In this document: piece by piece, positions 1 through 9,762 of the stretch
How the letters are laid out: every line of letters starts with the position of its first letter
How positions within the stretch are numbered: position 1 is the first letter of the stretch
Virus record (IMG/VR): IMGVR_UViG_3300036784_000120
Location: 32,001 to 96,000 of that record
DNA from: a virus
Lineage: Duplodnaviria > Caudoviricetes
Strand: one strand, 5' to 3'
DNA: 64,000 nucleotides
Notes under the pieces: model-generated
Database searches by the model: none
Seen by the model: only the letters and a program-made list of their open reading frames with translations
Told to the model about the DNA's origin: nothing
Translations under genes and position numbers: made by a program

Positions 1-221
1 CACACCGGCAGCTTGATGGTGCGGTTGGAGGCGCGGCGCCCGAACGGCCGTTCCCCGTCGAGCAGCAGGCTGGCTACGAAGTCGGTGGTCGGCTGCGGTG
101 CCCCCGGGTCAGCGCCGGGCTGCAGCCGGAACATGGCACCGGGGCACAGCGGGTTGACCGACGCGACCTGACCGCCGAGCAGCTCAATAGTGTTCGCGAT
201 GACGAGAGAGTCGAACCCCAT
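1..221 (-). CDS. Minor/distal tail protein, N-terminal part (runs off the window)
   Basis: ATG at 221 abuts the TMP stop; reads MGFDSLVIANTIELLGGQV...; position directly after the tape measure. Confidence 0.6.
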   Translation of the reverse strand, partial: MGFDSLVIANTIELLGGQVASVNPLCPGAMFRLQPGADPGAPQPTTDFVASLLLDGERPFGRRASNRTIKLPV

Positions 222-3200
222 CTAGGCTCCCCCGCGCGGGTAGCGGCGGGCGTACGACGCGTCTGATGCGCTCGCGTTGATCACGCCGCCGACATGCCGC
301 CCCACCCCGGCGGGGACAGCGCCGGTGACTTCGATCAGCCGGTCGAGGCGGGCCAGGATCGCCGCCGCGGACCCGTCGCTGCCCGCGGCGGGACGGCCGC
401 CGACGGGGGTGACCATTTCGCTGCCGGCCTCGCCGAGCACGTAGCCGCGGCCGGAGTTCACGCCGTAGCCGACGACCGGCTCCGTGATCATGCCGCCCGA
501 CCCGTACCAGTGATACTGGGCCTCATGGTTCCAGGCAGCGGCCGGCGAACCGTACCGTTGCGCGATGTAGTTGAGCATGCCGGTGATCTGGCCGGCGACC
601 GTGTTCACGTTCCCGCCGTACGTGGCGTACTCCGCTGGCCCGTTGATGAACTGGGCCAGGCCGTAGGCGTTTGACGTTGGGTTCTTGGCGTTCGGGTTGT
701 AGCCGGCTTCCGCCATCTCCACGGCGTTCAGCGCCGTCCACTCCGCGCCGGTCCAGCCCTTGGCGGCGGCCATCGTCTTCATCAGCGCCATGACGCTGGC
801 CTGCGTGGCGTTCAGCGCGTAGCCGTGGACGCTGTTAATGACGGCCTTGACCGCGTTGACTACGCCGCTGGCCTTGCTGAGCCCGATGCCCAGCCCGGCC
901 ATGATGTGCTTCCCGGCGTCGATCGCCCACTGCGGCGGGCTCTTGATGCCGAGCGCGCTGAGAATGTCGCCGGGGATGCCCTTGAAAAACGACACGACGC
1001 TGTTCCACACGGATTTCACCCCGGCCAGCAGTCCGTTGATGACCCCGGCACCCCAGCTGGTCAGCACTTTCGCGGCGCTGCCGACCGCCGAGCTGATCTG
1101 GCCGGGGATGCCCTTGAAGAAGTTGACGATGGCGCCCCACACCGACGTGATCGTGTTACGGACGCTGGTCCAGCCCGCCGACAGGACCGATTCGATGGTG
1201 GCGATGGTTGACCTGAAACTGGCCACCTCGGCGTTCCACCAGCCGGTGAAGAACGAGGCGACCGCGTTCCACGCGGTTTTGAGTGCGCCGGTGATCGCGG
1301 TCCAGGCGGCGGACAGCGCATTCTCGATGGTGGTCAGGGTGGTTTTCCACCCGGTCACCTCCGTGCTCCACCAGGTGGTGAAGAACGCGGCGACCGCGTT
1401 CCACGCGGCCTTCAGCGCGCCGGTGATCGCAGCCCAGGCACCGGTGAAGAACGTCTCCACCCCGGAGATGACGGCCATGATGTCGTGCCAGATGGTGGTC
1501 CAGTGCTGGGCGAGCTCGATCGCCGCGAGGGCGAGCAGCCCGACCGGGCCGAGCAGCGGCAGCAGGTACTTGCCGATCCCGTTGTAGATGAAGTTCCAGG
1601 CGTCCTCCGCGGCCGTCTTGATCGCGCCCCACACCGTGGACCAGTGCGTGACCAGCTCAGTGATGGCGACGGTGATCAGGGCTATCGCGATGACGATCTC
1701 GGTCCACCCGGTGGCCGCCCCGATCGCTGCCACGATGGCCTCCGCGATGGCGAACGCCTTGAACGCGGCTACCAGGCCGAGCACGCCGATCACGATGGCG
1801 TTCAGCAGGCCGGGCGGGATGGCGGTGATGATCGCGGCCAGCGCGGTGGCCAGGGCGCTCACCGCAGCGACTACGGCGGCGGTGAACACCCCGGCGAGCT
1901 GCAGCAGCAGCGGCAGGACGACCGGCAGGATCGAGGCCAGCGACTGGAGCACTTTGGTGACGAGCTGGGTGAGCGGCGGCAGCAGGGCGCCGACAGCGGA
2001 GACCAGCGCACCGACGAGCAGCCCCGACAGTTTGGCGATGAAGTCGATGACTGGCGGCAGGATGGGCATCAGGCCGTGCAGGAAAGCGTTGATCAGGCCG
2101 GCGAGGGGCTTGACGAGGCCCTCCAGGGCGTCGCCCAGGATCGCGAATACGCCGGTGTTTTCCAGCACGGTGAACACGGTGGAGATCACCTGCGCGAACT
2201 GGGCCAGGGCGGGCGCGACGGCGGTCAGAAGCTGGGCTAGCGCGCCGAACGCGGCCACCAGGTCCCCGAGCACCGCCCCGGCCAGGGACGCGAACACTTT
2301 GCCAATGATCGTCAGGAACGGCAGCAGCGCCTGGATGACCCCGGCGAACTGGGTGAATACCGGGGCCAGGGTCGCCGCGAAGATGGCGGCCAGCTTGCCT
2401 ATGATCGGCAGCAGCGCCCCGATCACGTCGAATATCGCCTTGAACAGGACCGCGCTCTGGTTGATGACCGGCGCGAACGCGGAGAACACGCCGCCGATGT
2501 CCTTGCCCAGGGTGCCGAGCACCTGCGCGAACACGTTAATAGCCGGGCCTGCCACCTTGAGCAGCGTCACGATGCCGGGCAGGATGTTCGCCACCAGTGC
2601 GCCCAGGCCGTCGATAATCGGGCGGATCAGCGGGGCAGCAGCGGCGAAGCTGGAACTGAAGGCAGGCAGGACCGTCTTGGCCAGGTCGCCCAGCCCGGAG
2701 ATGAGCGGCTGCGCCAGCACGAGCGCCGACGTGAAGAAATGCTCGATCAGCGGCGTGAGGGTGACGAACAACTGGGATGCCTGCGCCAGCGGCTTGGCGA
2801 ACCCGCTGGCAATGTCCATGCCGATCTGCTGCCACTGGTTACCGATCGCGACTTCGGACTTGTAGATGCTCTGGAGCGCCGGGGACAACTGGGCGACAGC
2901 CTGGTTGAGGCTGGCGGTCTGCGCGGCCACCGCTTTCTGCTGAGCCGGGGTGACTGCCAGCGCGGCTGCCTGCTGAATTGAGTTCTGCTGCGACACCAGG
3001 CTGGAGACGTTGGAGTTGACGGCGCTGAAGCCCGCTCCGAGCGCGCCCACGCCAGCGCCGCCGATCACGCCCGCACCGCCGGCAGCCAGCAGCGGGCCCA
3101 GGCCGCCCAGCAGGGACGCGCCTCCGACACCGATCGCGCCGGCCTTGCCCAGGAAGTTGGCCCCGAGGATGTTCGGGCCGATACCTCCGGCCAGGTTGCC

Positions 3201-3983
3201 GAGGAAGCTGCCGCCGCTTCCCCCGCCGCCGCTGGCACCGGACGAGCCGCCTGCGTGGCCGCCGATGAGGCCGCCGATCGCGCTGGTGAACAGCGCGCCG
3301 ACCCCGGTCAGCATGCCCTTGAACCAGCCGGAGCCGTTGCGCCTGGCCTCGTCGGTGGCGCCCTTGTTGGCCGCGTCGGCTGCCTGCCTTCCGGCTTCCT
3401 CGGCCTGGGCTTTGACTGCGGTGCTGTCGATCTTGTCCGTGGTGGTGATGGTTCCGCCGCTAGCCGGCAGCCCGGTGACGTTCACCCGGTCCGTGGTGGT
3501 GATGTTCCCGCCGGAGGTGGGCAGCCCGGTGACGTTCACCCGGTCCTGGGTGGTCGTGTTGCCGCCGGCGGCGGTGTCGAGCACGCGGCCCACCGTGGTC
3601 TGCGACCCGCCCGCCGGCCCGCTGGCACCGCCGCCGGCAGGCGCGGACACGATCTTGCCGAGCAGCCCCTGCTGCGCGGACTGCTGCGGTGACGGCGCCC
3701 CGGTGACCGGGTGGGGGGAGAACAGCGCGTTCAGCGCCCCCAGCACCGACCCCTGCGGGGAGGACCGCAGCCGGTTCGCGGCGTCCTTGGAGATCGCGTT
3801 GTCCAGGTTCGCGAAATCCGTCCGCGCTTTCGACGATGACGCGTCGTCGAAGACAGCCGAGACCTTGACCTCGTGCCTGCCGTCCTCGAGCGCCTTGATC
3901 CTGGCCTCGATCTTGTCGAGGTCCGCGTTCGCCTTGGCGGTGCCGATGGTGAGGGTGGCTTCGATGGCGCCTGCGTCGAACAC
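222..3983 (-). CDS. Tape measure protein with C-terminal lytic transglycosylase-like domain
   Basis: 1253 aa, Ala/Gly/Leu-rich with periodic Trp; C-terminal EMAEAGYNPNAKNPTSNAYGLAQF SLT-like motif; follows the chaperones. Confidence 0.93.
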   Translation of the reverse strand: MFDAGAIEATLTIGTAKANADLDKIEARIKALEDGRHEVKVSAVFDDASSSKARTDFANLDNAISKDAANRLRSSPQGSVLGALNALFSPHPVTGAPSPQQSAQQGLLGKIVSAPAGGGASGPAGGSQTTVGRVLDTAAGGNTTTQDRVNVTGLPTSGGNITTTDRVNVTGLPASGGTITTTDKIDSTAVKAQAEEAGRQAADAANKGATDEARRNGSGWFKGMLTGVGALFTSAIGGLIGGHAGGSSGASGGGGSGGSFLGNLAGGIGPNILGANFLGKAGAIGVGGASLLGGLGPLLAAGGAGVIGGAGVGALGAGFSAVNSNVSSLVSQQNSIQQAAALAVTPAQQKAVAAQTASLNQAVAQLSPALQSIYKSEVAIGNQWQQIGMDIASGFAKPLAQASQLFVTLTPLIEHFFTSALVLAQPLISGLGDLAKTVLPAFSSSFAAAAPLIRPIIDGLGALVANILPGIVTLLKVAGPAINVFAQVLGTLGKDIGGVFSAFAPVINQSAVLFKAIFDVIGALLPIIGKLAAIFAATLAPVFTQFAGVIQALLPFLTIIGKVFASLAGAVLGDLVAAFGALAQLLTAVAPALAQFAQVISTVFTVLENTGVFAILGDALEGLVKPLAGLINAFLHGLMPILPPVIDFIAKLSGLLVGALVSAVGALLPPLTQLVTKVLQSLASILPVVLPLLLQLAGVFTAAVVAAVSALATALAAIITAIPPGLLNAIVIGVLGLVAAFKAFAIAEAIVAAIGAATGWTEIVIAIALITVAITELVTHWSTVWGAIKTAAEDAWNFIYNGIGKYLLPLLGPVGLLALAAIELAQHWTTIWHDIMAVISGVETFFTGAWAAITGALKAAWNAVAAFFTTWWSTEVTGWKTTLTTIENALSAAWTAITGALKTAWNAVASFFTGWWNAEVASFRSTIATIESVLSAGWTSVRNTITSVWGAIVNFFKGIPGQISSAVGSAAKVLTSWGAGVINGLLAGVKSVWNSVVSFFKGIPGDILSALGIKSPPQWAIDAGKHIMAGLGIGLSKASGVVNAVKAVINSVHGYALNATQASVMALMKTMAAAKGWTGAEWTALNAVEMAEAGYNPNAKNPTSNAYGLAQFINGPAEYATYGGNVNTVAGQITGMLNYIAQRYGSPAAAWNHEAQYHWYGSGGMITEPVVGYGVNSGRGYVLGEAGSEMVTPVGGRPAAGSDGSAAAILARLDRLIEVTGAVPAGVGRHVGGVINASASDASYARRYPRGGA
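3430..3560 (-). repeat. 54-nt (18-aa) tandem repeat within the TMP N-terminus
   Basis: TTTQDRVNVTGLPTSGGN / ITTTDRVNVTGLPASGGT / ITTTDKID. Confidence 0.8.
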
Positions 3984-3999
3984 CGCTACGTCACCGCCC

Positions 4000-4344
4000 T
4001 CACTGCTGTCGCCTGGCTGCCGGGTTGGCTTCCAGGTCCGCGATCATCGCGCCGAGGTCGATCACGGAGGCGCCGGTGTTCACGCCCCTCCTGACCGTCG
4101 GCCCGTCGGTTCCCGTCGCCGCTTCCGGCTCCTGCGGCCGGGGCGTGTCAGCCGCGATGCTGAACGGGATGTCTTCCTCGGCGGACAGCCCGTCCAGGTA
4201 GGTCTGCTGGGTGTCCCAGGTCATGGCGTCCCATTCGGCCCGGCTGATGTTCAGCCAGCGGCGCACGGCGTAGAGGATTACCCGGCGGCTGCGCGCCGCA
4301 GGTTCGTCACCTGCGCGTTGCCACCGCCGGGCGCGGCTTCCGGG
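4000..4344 (-). CDS. Tail assembly chaperone, -1 frameshift extension (gpT-like part)
   Basis: The -1 frame is open from C-CCG-GAA (4338-4344) through ORF 4000..4266. Confidence 0.75.
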   Translation of the reverse strand, partial: PGSRARRWQRAGDEPAARSRRVILYAVRRWLNISRAEWDAMTWDTQQTYLDGLSAEEDIPFSIAADTPRPQEPEAATGTDGPTVRRGVNTGASVIDLGAMIADLEANPAARRQQ

Positions 4345-4739
4345 GCCATCACCTCCTGCTGCAGCCAGCTGTAGAACAGGCCGCGGATCCGGATCGGGAG
4401 CTTCAGCAGGTCCTCGGCTGACGGGTCATCGGAGCAGAGTTTCGCCACCACGGCGGCGAGGCCGGCGTGGAACTCGACGACGACCTCCGGGTCCAGGTCG
4501 CCGACAGCATCGGTGAGCTCGGCGGGGCTCGCCGTCCCCGACATCAGGTCGTCGGGGAGTTTCCCGCGGAACGAGGCGACCAGCTTCTTGATCCCGGCGA
4601 GATAGTCGGCCAGCTGCCGGTCGGTCGGCTCGCGGACAGCGCCGGCCTTGTCGCAGTACGGTTTCCCGGACGGGTCCAGCAGCGTCCTGAAGCTGTAGTC
4701 CAGCGGCTCCACCACGGAGCCGGCGTCGAATCCTGGCAT
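4278..4739 (-). CDS. Tail assembly chaperone (gpG-like)
   Basis: Lies between major tail and TMP genes; slippery site near the 3' end; AGGAGG RBS. Confidence 0.85.
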   Translation of the reverse strand: MPGFDAGSVVEPLDYSFRTLLDPSGKPYCDKAGAVREPTDRQLADYLAGIKKLVASFRGKLPDDLMSGTASPAELTDAVGDLDPEVVVEFHAGLAAVVAKLCSDDPSAEDLLKLPIRIRGLFYSWLQQEVMAPEAAPGGGNAQVTNLRRAAAG

Positions 4740-4788
4740 CGTCCTCCTTAGCTAGCGGCTAACTAGTTAGCGGCTAGCCGTCGGCTAG

Positions 4789-5406
4789 TTAGCTGGTCGC
4801 CGGTGCGGTCAGTTCCGTGAACGTGATCGCGTTGTAGGGGCAGATCGCGGACAGGGTGAGCGGGTACAGGCGCTGCTGCGCGGCACGCCGGTATGCGGTC
4901 TGCACCTGACCGGCGGAGACGACCACCGGGACGGACAGCACGGTCGCGTACCCGAACGCGTTCCGGGCGATCAGCGCCACGGAAACCGTCTGGAAGGTGG
5001 TGGACAGGGTGAGGACGATCTTCCCCGGCTGCCCCGCCCCCGCCGCGGTGGTGGCCATCGACCCGCTGTTCCCCCACGCGAGGTTGATGTTGAACAGGGT
5101 CTCTTCCGACAGGTTCGTGGTGAACTGCAGGCTGGCGGTGGTGACGGCGACACCGACGGGGGTCGGCTGCTCCTCGATCATGATGTTCTGCACCGTCGGG
5201 TTGTACGTCTGCGTGACCCCGGCCTCAGTGGATCCGACGTAGGACCAGCCGAGACCCAGCCACGCGGACCCGACACCCAGGTTCGCGTCGGACGGCACCG
5301 TCGCCCCGACACCAGGGCTGGGGTTGTTCTGCACGAACATGATCCCGGTCCCGAACATGACATCGGTGGTCCCGTACGCGGGCGGAGTGTAGGGCAGGGT
5401 CGGCAT
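4789..5406 (-). CDS. Major tail (tube) protein
   Basis: 205 aa, beta-rich, GWSYVGSTEAGV motif, synteny. Confidence 0.85.
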   Translation of the reverse strand: MPTLPYTPPAYGTTDVMFGTGIMFVQNNPSPGVGATVPSDANLGVGSAWLGLGWSYVGSTEAGVTQTYNPTVQNIMIEEQPTPVGVAVTTASLQFTTNLSEETLFNINLAWGNSGSMATTAAGAGQPGKIVLTLSTTFQTVSVALIARNAFGYATVLSVPVVVSAGQVQTAYRRAAQQRLYPLTLSAICPYNAITFTELTAPATS

Positions 5407-5407
5407 G

Positions 5408-5695
5408 TCAGGTCTCCTCGGCGAGGTTGACGCCCGCCTCGCCCGCGGCTTCCATCAGCCGGGGCACAGCGTGGGCGGGCACGGGGGTGGGCTCGGTGCC
5501 CACGGTGATGCCGCCGTGGGTGAAGGCGGAATGCGGCGCCAGGACACGCAGCAGCGTCTTCGCGCCGCCGATAGCTTCGGCGCGGATCTTCGCCAGCTCG
5601 TCGACGAGCTGAGCGGCCCGGCTCGACGGGTCTTTCGGTGCTGCTGCGGGCATTGCCGCCTCCTGTCCTGCGGGCTGCTCATCGGGGATGGTCAT
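5408..5695 (-). CDS. Hypothetical virion-module protein
   Basis: 95 aa, tightly packed in the operon. Confidence 0.6.
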   Translation of the reverse strand: MTIPDEQPAGQEAAMPAAAPKDPSSRAAQLVDELAKIRAEAIGGAKTLLRVLAPHSAFTHGGITVGTEPTPVPAHAVPRLMEAAGEAGVNLAEET

Positions 5696-5704
5696 TGAGA
5701 GCTC

Positions 5705-6199
5705 CTACGGCAAGACGGAGGAGAACGAGAACGCGGCGACAAGCAGCGTGGTGGTGGTGGTGAACGACACGACGAAACAGCCGGCGTACGCGGCGGGCAT
5801 CGCCCCGGTGACGATGCTGGACGCCGGCACGGTCGCCACGTTCTGGATGTTGTAGACGGCCGGGGACAGCGGCCCGATCCATCCCGACGAGTTCGCGGCA
5901 AGCGTCATCGCCGTGGTCGCGGGAAGAACCTGCCCGGCGACCTGCTCACCGACCAGCACCTGAGTGATCCCGGCACCGGTCGCACCGCACCAGTACCAGA
6001 GCAGGACACTGCCGGTGTTGGGGACAGCGACCGCGTTCGGCGCGGTGCCCCACGCGGTCGGCGCGGTGATCGTCGAGGTGCCCGAGGTCGCGTACCCGAA
6101 CGACGCCGGCGCGGCCGGGCCGGGGTAGAACGAGCCCGTGGTGGGCGTGGAGTTGAAACTGAACGGTGCCAGCGGCACAGCGGTCCAGGTCCCGGCCAT
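5705..6199 (-). CDS. Hypothetical structural protein
   Basis: 164 aa, Thr/Ala-rich, beta-rich, in the head-tail region. Confidence 0.6.
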   Translation of the reverse strand: MAGTWTAVPLAPFSFNSTPTTGSFYPGPAAPASFGYATSGTSTITAPTAWGTAPNAVAVPNTGSVLLWYWCGATGAGITQVLVGEQVAGQVLPATTAMTLAANSSGWIGPLSPAVYNIQNVATVPASSIVTGAMPAAYAGCFVVSFTTTTTLLVAAFSFSSVLP

Positions 6200-6202
6200 G
6201 AT

Positions 6203-6637
6203 TCAGGCTCCCGTGGTGATCAGGTAGGTGGTCGTGTACTCGAACCGCCGGTCGGCGGGGTCGAGGGGAAGCGGCGCCGGCGGTGACCCGGCCCGGGTCA
6301 CCAGCGCGACGAGCACGCCGTCAACCGTCTGCGGGTAAGGCCCGTTGACGATCAGCACATCCAGCTGCGCGGCAGCCAGCTCAGGGGTCAGCGGGTCATC
6401 AGCGGGGCCGCGGACACGGGCCTGGAACGACCAGCAGTCCAGCCCCGCCTCCTCCGTCACCCACCCGGGACCCCCGGCGGGGGTGATGAACAGCGCCCGG
6501 TCGGGGGCGGTGAGGATCTCCGGGCCGGGCAGCGGCGGATACCCGGTCTCCTGGGTGCCGTCCCAGCCGAGACCGGTGATGAAATCAGCGATCAGCTGCG
6601 TCTTCGCGACCGTCGGCGGCGACAGCGGGAACGTCAT
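6203..6637 (-). CDS. Tail terminator
   Basis: GGPG...FQARVRG...DPADRRFEY pattern; synteny. Confidence 0.75.
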   Translation of the reverse strand: MTFPLSPPTVAKTQLIADFITGLGWDGTQETGYPPLPGPEILTAPDRALFITPAGGPGWVTEEAGLDCWSFQARVRGPADDPLTPELAAAQLDVLIVNGPYPQTVDGVLVALVTRAGSPPAPLPLDPADRRFEYTTTYLITTGA

Positions 6638-7323
6638 GCGCCCACCGCCTCAAGAACGCCCTGCGACAGCCTGCGGGCGGCCATCTCGGCGTACCGCTCG
6701 TCGATCTCCACCCCGACCGCCTTGCAGCCGAGGTTCCGCGCGGCCACCAGCGTTGAGCCCGAGCCCGCGAACGGGTCCGCGATCACGCCTGGCGGGCATG
6801 CGGCGATGAGCTGTTCCATCACGTCGACCGGCTTGGCGTGCGGATGGTCGTAGCGGATCCCGACGCCGCGCGGTCCCGCGACATGCGCGCCTGTGTGCAG
6901 GATCGACGAGCGGCCCCCGACCCCGGCCGGCCACGAGCCGACGAGGTAGATTTCCTCCAGGTCGCGCCGGAAGCCCGCGCGGGCACCCTTGATCCCGGCA
7001 TCGGCCGGCTTGGCGTAGGCGAGGACCTGGACGGTGCCGTCCGGGCGGGCGATAAGCGGATCGCCGAAGACGATCGCGGGCCGGCTGCCCCATCTGGCCA
7101 GGGCCTCGTCACGCACGGTGGTGTCAGAATCCCCGGCGATGCCGTCGTGAGCGATGGAACCGCGCCCGCCTCCGAAGCTGTTGGTCATGCCGGCACCCGA
7201 CCGCCAGCCGCGTCCGTACGGCGGGTCGGTGACCAGCACGTCAGCCTCAAGCCACGCCGTCACCTCGCGGCAGTCACCCAGGTACAGCGTCACCAGCTCA
7301 TCGGCGTAGTAGGGCGTTGTCAC
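6634..7323 (-). CDS. DNA methyltransferase, N6-adenine/N4-cytosine, beta-class motif order
   Basis: GDC, DPPY, HPHAKP and DPFAGSGST motifs; 4-nt overlaps with both neighbours. Confidence 0.9.
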   Translation of the reverse strand: MTTPYYADELVTLYLGDCREVTAWLEADVLVTDPPYGRGWRSGAGMTNSFGGGRGSIAHDGIAGDSDTTVRDEALARWGSRPAIVFGDPLIARPDGTVQVLAYAKPADAGIKGARAGFRRDLEEIYLVGSWPAGVGGRSSILHTGAHVAGPRGVGIRYDHPHAKPVDVMEQLIAACPPGVIADPFAGSGSTLVAARNLGCKAVGVEIDERYAEMAARRLSQGVLEAVGA

Positions 7324-7844
7324 AGCCGCCCCCGCAGCCCGTGGGGCTCGTTCTTGCCGGGGATCCGCATGACCTTCCCGCCGCGCATGAAGTAGACGGT
7401 CAGGCCCTCAGCGAGCCGCTGCCGGAGGATCGCGCGGGACTTGACGCGCAACTCCTCCTCGGTCAGCCGGCCGGCCTTCGGCGGCCGGTCATAAACGGTC
7501 CGCTCCCCCGCCGTCACCCGCGGATGCCCGGACTTGCGGAGGTCACCCCACTCGCGGGGCGCGGTGAGCTCCACCTCATCCGACAGGTGCTCCACCGACC
7601 GCTTCATGGCGGGCTGGCCGCCGTCGTGCAGCACGGTGTCCGCGTAGTCGGTGAGGTAGTCGCGGTAATGGGCGTACAGCGGCTGCTCAAGGTACTTGGC
7701 GGTGCCGCCGCGCGGGTGGTGGAACTCCATGTGCTCGTGCTGGTAGTGCGCGTACACCTGGTCCACGGTCACCGTGCCGGTGAGACGATCGGAACCGATC
7801 ATGCGTCTCAGTTCGCTGATGCGGTCCGTGAAAGTACCGGACAT
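7320..7844 (-). CDS. Neck/tail-completion protein (HK97 gp10-like position)
   Basis: Start MSGTF after GGAGGTGAT; YAHYQHE...AKYLEQPL motif. Confidence 0.7.
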   Translation of the reverse strand: MSGTFTDRISELRRMIGSDRLTGTVTVDQVYAHYQHEHMEFHHPRGGTAKYLEQPLYAHYRDYLTDYADTVLHDGGQPAMKRSVEHLSDEVELTAPREWGDLRKSGHPRVTAGERTVYDRPPKAGRLTEEELRVKSRAILRQRLAEGLTVYFMRGGKVMRIPGKNEPHGLRGRL

Positions 7845-7867
7845 GACGGCATCACCTCCTTCCCTCG

Positions 7868-8425
7868 TTAGCCCTGGTAGATGGCCCCGCCGGCGTCGGC
7901 CCAGTCGGCACCCATCGGCGCCCACTGGCCGAGCGGCACGTCCGGCTCGAGGGTGCCGGTGCGGGGGTCGAGGCGGGTGTTGGAGTTCGCGCCGGTGAAG
8001 ATCGGCGGGAGCCGGTTGATGATCGTGCCGGTTTCACTGCCGATGCCGGGCGCCACGGCCGGGTCGAGAAGGATCGTGCCGGTCCTGACCGCCTGAAGGA
8101 TCTGCATGGCGTTCTGGTAGGCGATGAACACCGGTGAGGTCGGCTCGATGGACTTCCATTTGAGATAGGTCTTGCCGGCCCAGAACACGGCGAGGTCGAG
8201 GGTCAGGTCGTGGAGGATCGCGGGTGGCTGCGCCTCCCCGCTGGACCCGTCGTAGACGTTCCCCGCATAGACGCTGACCCGGTTGGAGGCGGCGTAGAGG
8301 GCGAGGGTCAGCTGGTCGTCGGTGAGCTGCGCGGCGGTGCCGGTACCGGAGTCGGTGCCGGACATGACGTTGCGGAGGTCGGCGACGGAGGCGTACAGGG
8401 TGCCCGACGCGGCGGGGGTGGTCAT
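7868..8425 (-). CDS. Head-tail adaptor (Mu gp36-like)
   Basis: LYASVADLR...AASNRV...LHDLTLDLA...AYQNAMQIL pattern. Confidence 0.7.
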   Translation of the reverse strand: MTTPAASGTLYASVADLRNVMSGTDSGTGTAAQLTDDQLTLALYAASNRVSVYAGNVYDGSSGEAQPPAILHDLTLDLAVFWAGKTYLKWKSIEPTSPVFIAYQNAMQILQAVRTGTILLDPAVAPGIGSETGTIINRLPPIFTGANSNTRLDPRTGTLEPDVPLGQWAPMGADWADAGGAIYQG

Positions 8426-8610
8426 GGCACGACCCCGGACAGGATCCAGGCGGCGAACCCGCCGAACGCCCACGACAAGGCCGGGACGGTGCCTACCTTG
8501 TCGCCGCCGGCGGCGAACGCGGCGAGGATGAACAGGCCCCCGCCGATCACGAGCAGGACCTGCGACCAGGACACTTTCGCGGCGGGACGCGGCTGCGCTG
8601 GGCTGGTCAC
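8422..8610 (-). CDS. Small two-TM membrane protein
   Basis: 62 aa with two hydrophobic helices; overlapping start/stop codons. Confidence 0.65.
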   Translation of the reverse strand: MTSPAQPRPAAKVSWSQVLLVIGGGLFILAAFAAGGDKVGTVPALSWAFGGFAAWILSGVVP

Positions 8611-8894
8611 GGGGCCTTCCCTTCACCGGTCAGGTCAGCGCCGGCGTCCACCGTCTTCCCGGTGGCTGCGGTGCGGGGTTTGGCCGGGGCGGGTTTCTCC
8701 GCCACTGCGGGTTCCGGTTCGGGCGGCGGCTGCGCGGCTGTGGCGCCGAGCGGCACGAGATGTTCCGCGCCGATGGCGTCCTCGAGCTTGGAGCCGGGGG
8801 GCACGTCGATGACCTGGCCGCGGGGCAGCCGCTGCGACACCCCGTCCCACTCGATCGTGCGGTCTTCGGTGACGATCCGCGGGCTGCCGGCCAT
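8607..8894 (-). CDS. Small head-module protein (paralog family)
   Basis: MAGSPRIVTEDRTIEWDG...GQVIDVPPGS resembles 8894..9121 and 13352..13555. Confidence 0.65.
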   Translation of the reverse strand: MAGSPRIVTEDRTIEWDGVSQRLPRGQVIDVPPGSKLEDAIGAEHLVPLGATAAQPPPEPEPAVAEKPAPAKPRTAATGKTVDAGADLTGEGKAP

Positions 8895-9121
8895 CAGTTG
8901 CTTACGCATGCTTTGCTCAGGCACGTCTCGTTGCCGCGCTGCGCGATCGGGATGACGCCGGACAGGTTCCCGCTGCCGCCGTAGGCGGCGGCGAGCGCCG
9001 AGCCGGGCACGATGTCGACGACGGTGCCGTGCCGGGCGAACGTGGTCACCGGGACGCCGCTGGCGTGGCCGTCCCACGTGACCGTGATGTCGGTGAGGAT
9101 CCGCTGCGGGTACTGGCTCAT
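8894..9121 (-). CDS. Small head-module protein ending in VSN
   Basis: 75 aa, paralog family. Confidence 0.65.
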   Translation of the reverse strand: MSQYPQRILTDITVTWDGHASGVPVTTFARHGTVVDIVPGSALAAAYGGSGNLSGVIPIAQRGNETCLSKACVSN

Positions 9122-9762
9122 AAGTTCGATACACCCACTCCCCAGCCGGGCATGCCGGCCTCAGCGTGCGGCGCGTACGGGAGCGTGTTCAGCGCCGAGT
9201 AGCCGCCCGCCCCGGTCGGGGCGACCGTGTTCGCGGCCGAGTACACGGGGGCGTCGGAGTGGGCCACGGTCAGGTCGATCGGGTCGAGCCACGACCAGCA
9301 CACGGTGCCGGTGTAGGTGACCGCGATGACCGACCCGGCGGGCAGCGGAATGCCCGCCGTGTAGGCGACGTTCGGCTGCATGCCGGGTGCCTGGACGATG
9401 TTGGTGGTGACCCCGTTGATGCTGATCGCGGAGACGGCGCCGCCGCCGGTGAACACGACGGACAGGTTCCGGCCGGTCGTGTTCGTGGTTGAGCTGGTGG
9501 AGGCGGGCAGGACCGGGGTGCATTCGGACCAGAACCAGACGGGGACCGCGACGGTGTACTGCAGCGCGCAGGTCCCGCCGGGCGGCACCGACATCATGAA
9601 CGCGGTCGCCGTGGTGGCCACCGACGCGGCGTTGACCCAGTAGTTGGCCATCGTGCTGCCATTCGCCCCGACCGTGACTAGGGCGGTGTTGCCGGTGGTG
9701 TTGACCGCAGTGTTGGTGAGTCCGGCGGGGCTGGTTGCGGGCACTGCAGGCTGGGTGATCAC
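9118..9762 (-). CDS. Putative decoration protein with two beta-sandwich repeats and a VSN tail
   Basis: Two NTTG...vN...P...Y...WxW repeats. Confidence 0.6.
   Translation of the reverse strand: MITQPAVPATSPAGLTNTAVNTTGNTALVTVGANGSTMANYWVNAASVATTATAFMMSVPPGGTCALQYTVAVPVWFWSECTPVLPASTSSTTNTTGRNLSVVFTGGGAVSAISINGVTTNIVQAPGMQPNVAYTAGIPLPAGSVIAVTYTGTVCWSWLDPIDLTVAHSDAPVYSAANTVAPTGAGGYSALNTLPYAPHAEAGMPGWGVGVSNL

Noticed and set aside
838-4374. Long plus-strand ORFs antisense to the TMP (likewise 10539-12732, 31051-32592, 34746-37510)
   Set aside because: Stop-poor shadows typical of high-GC DNA with no domain motifs, unlike 39403..40113
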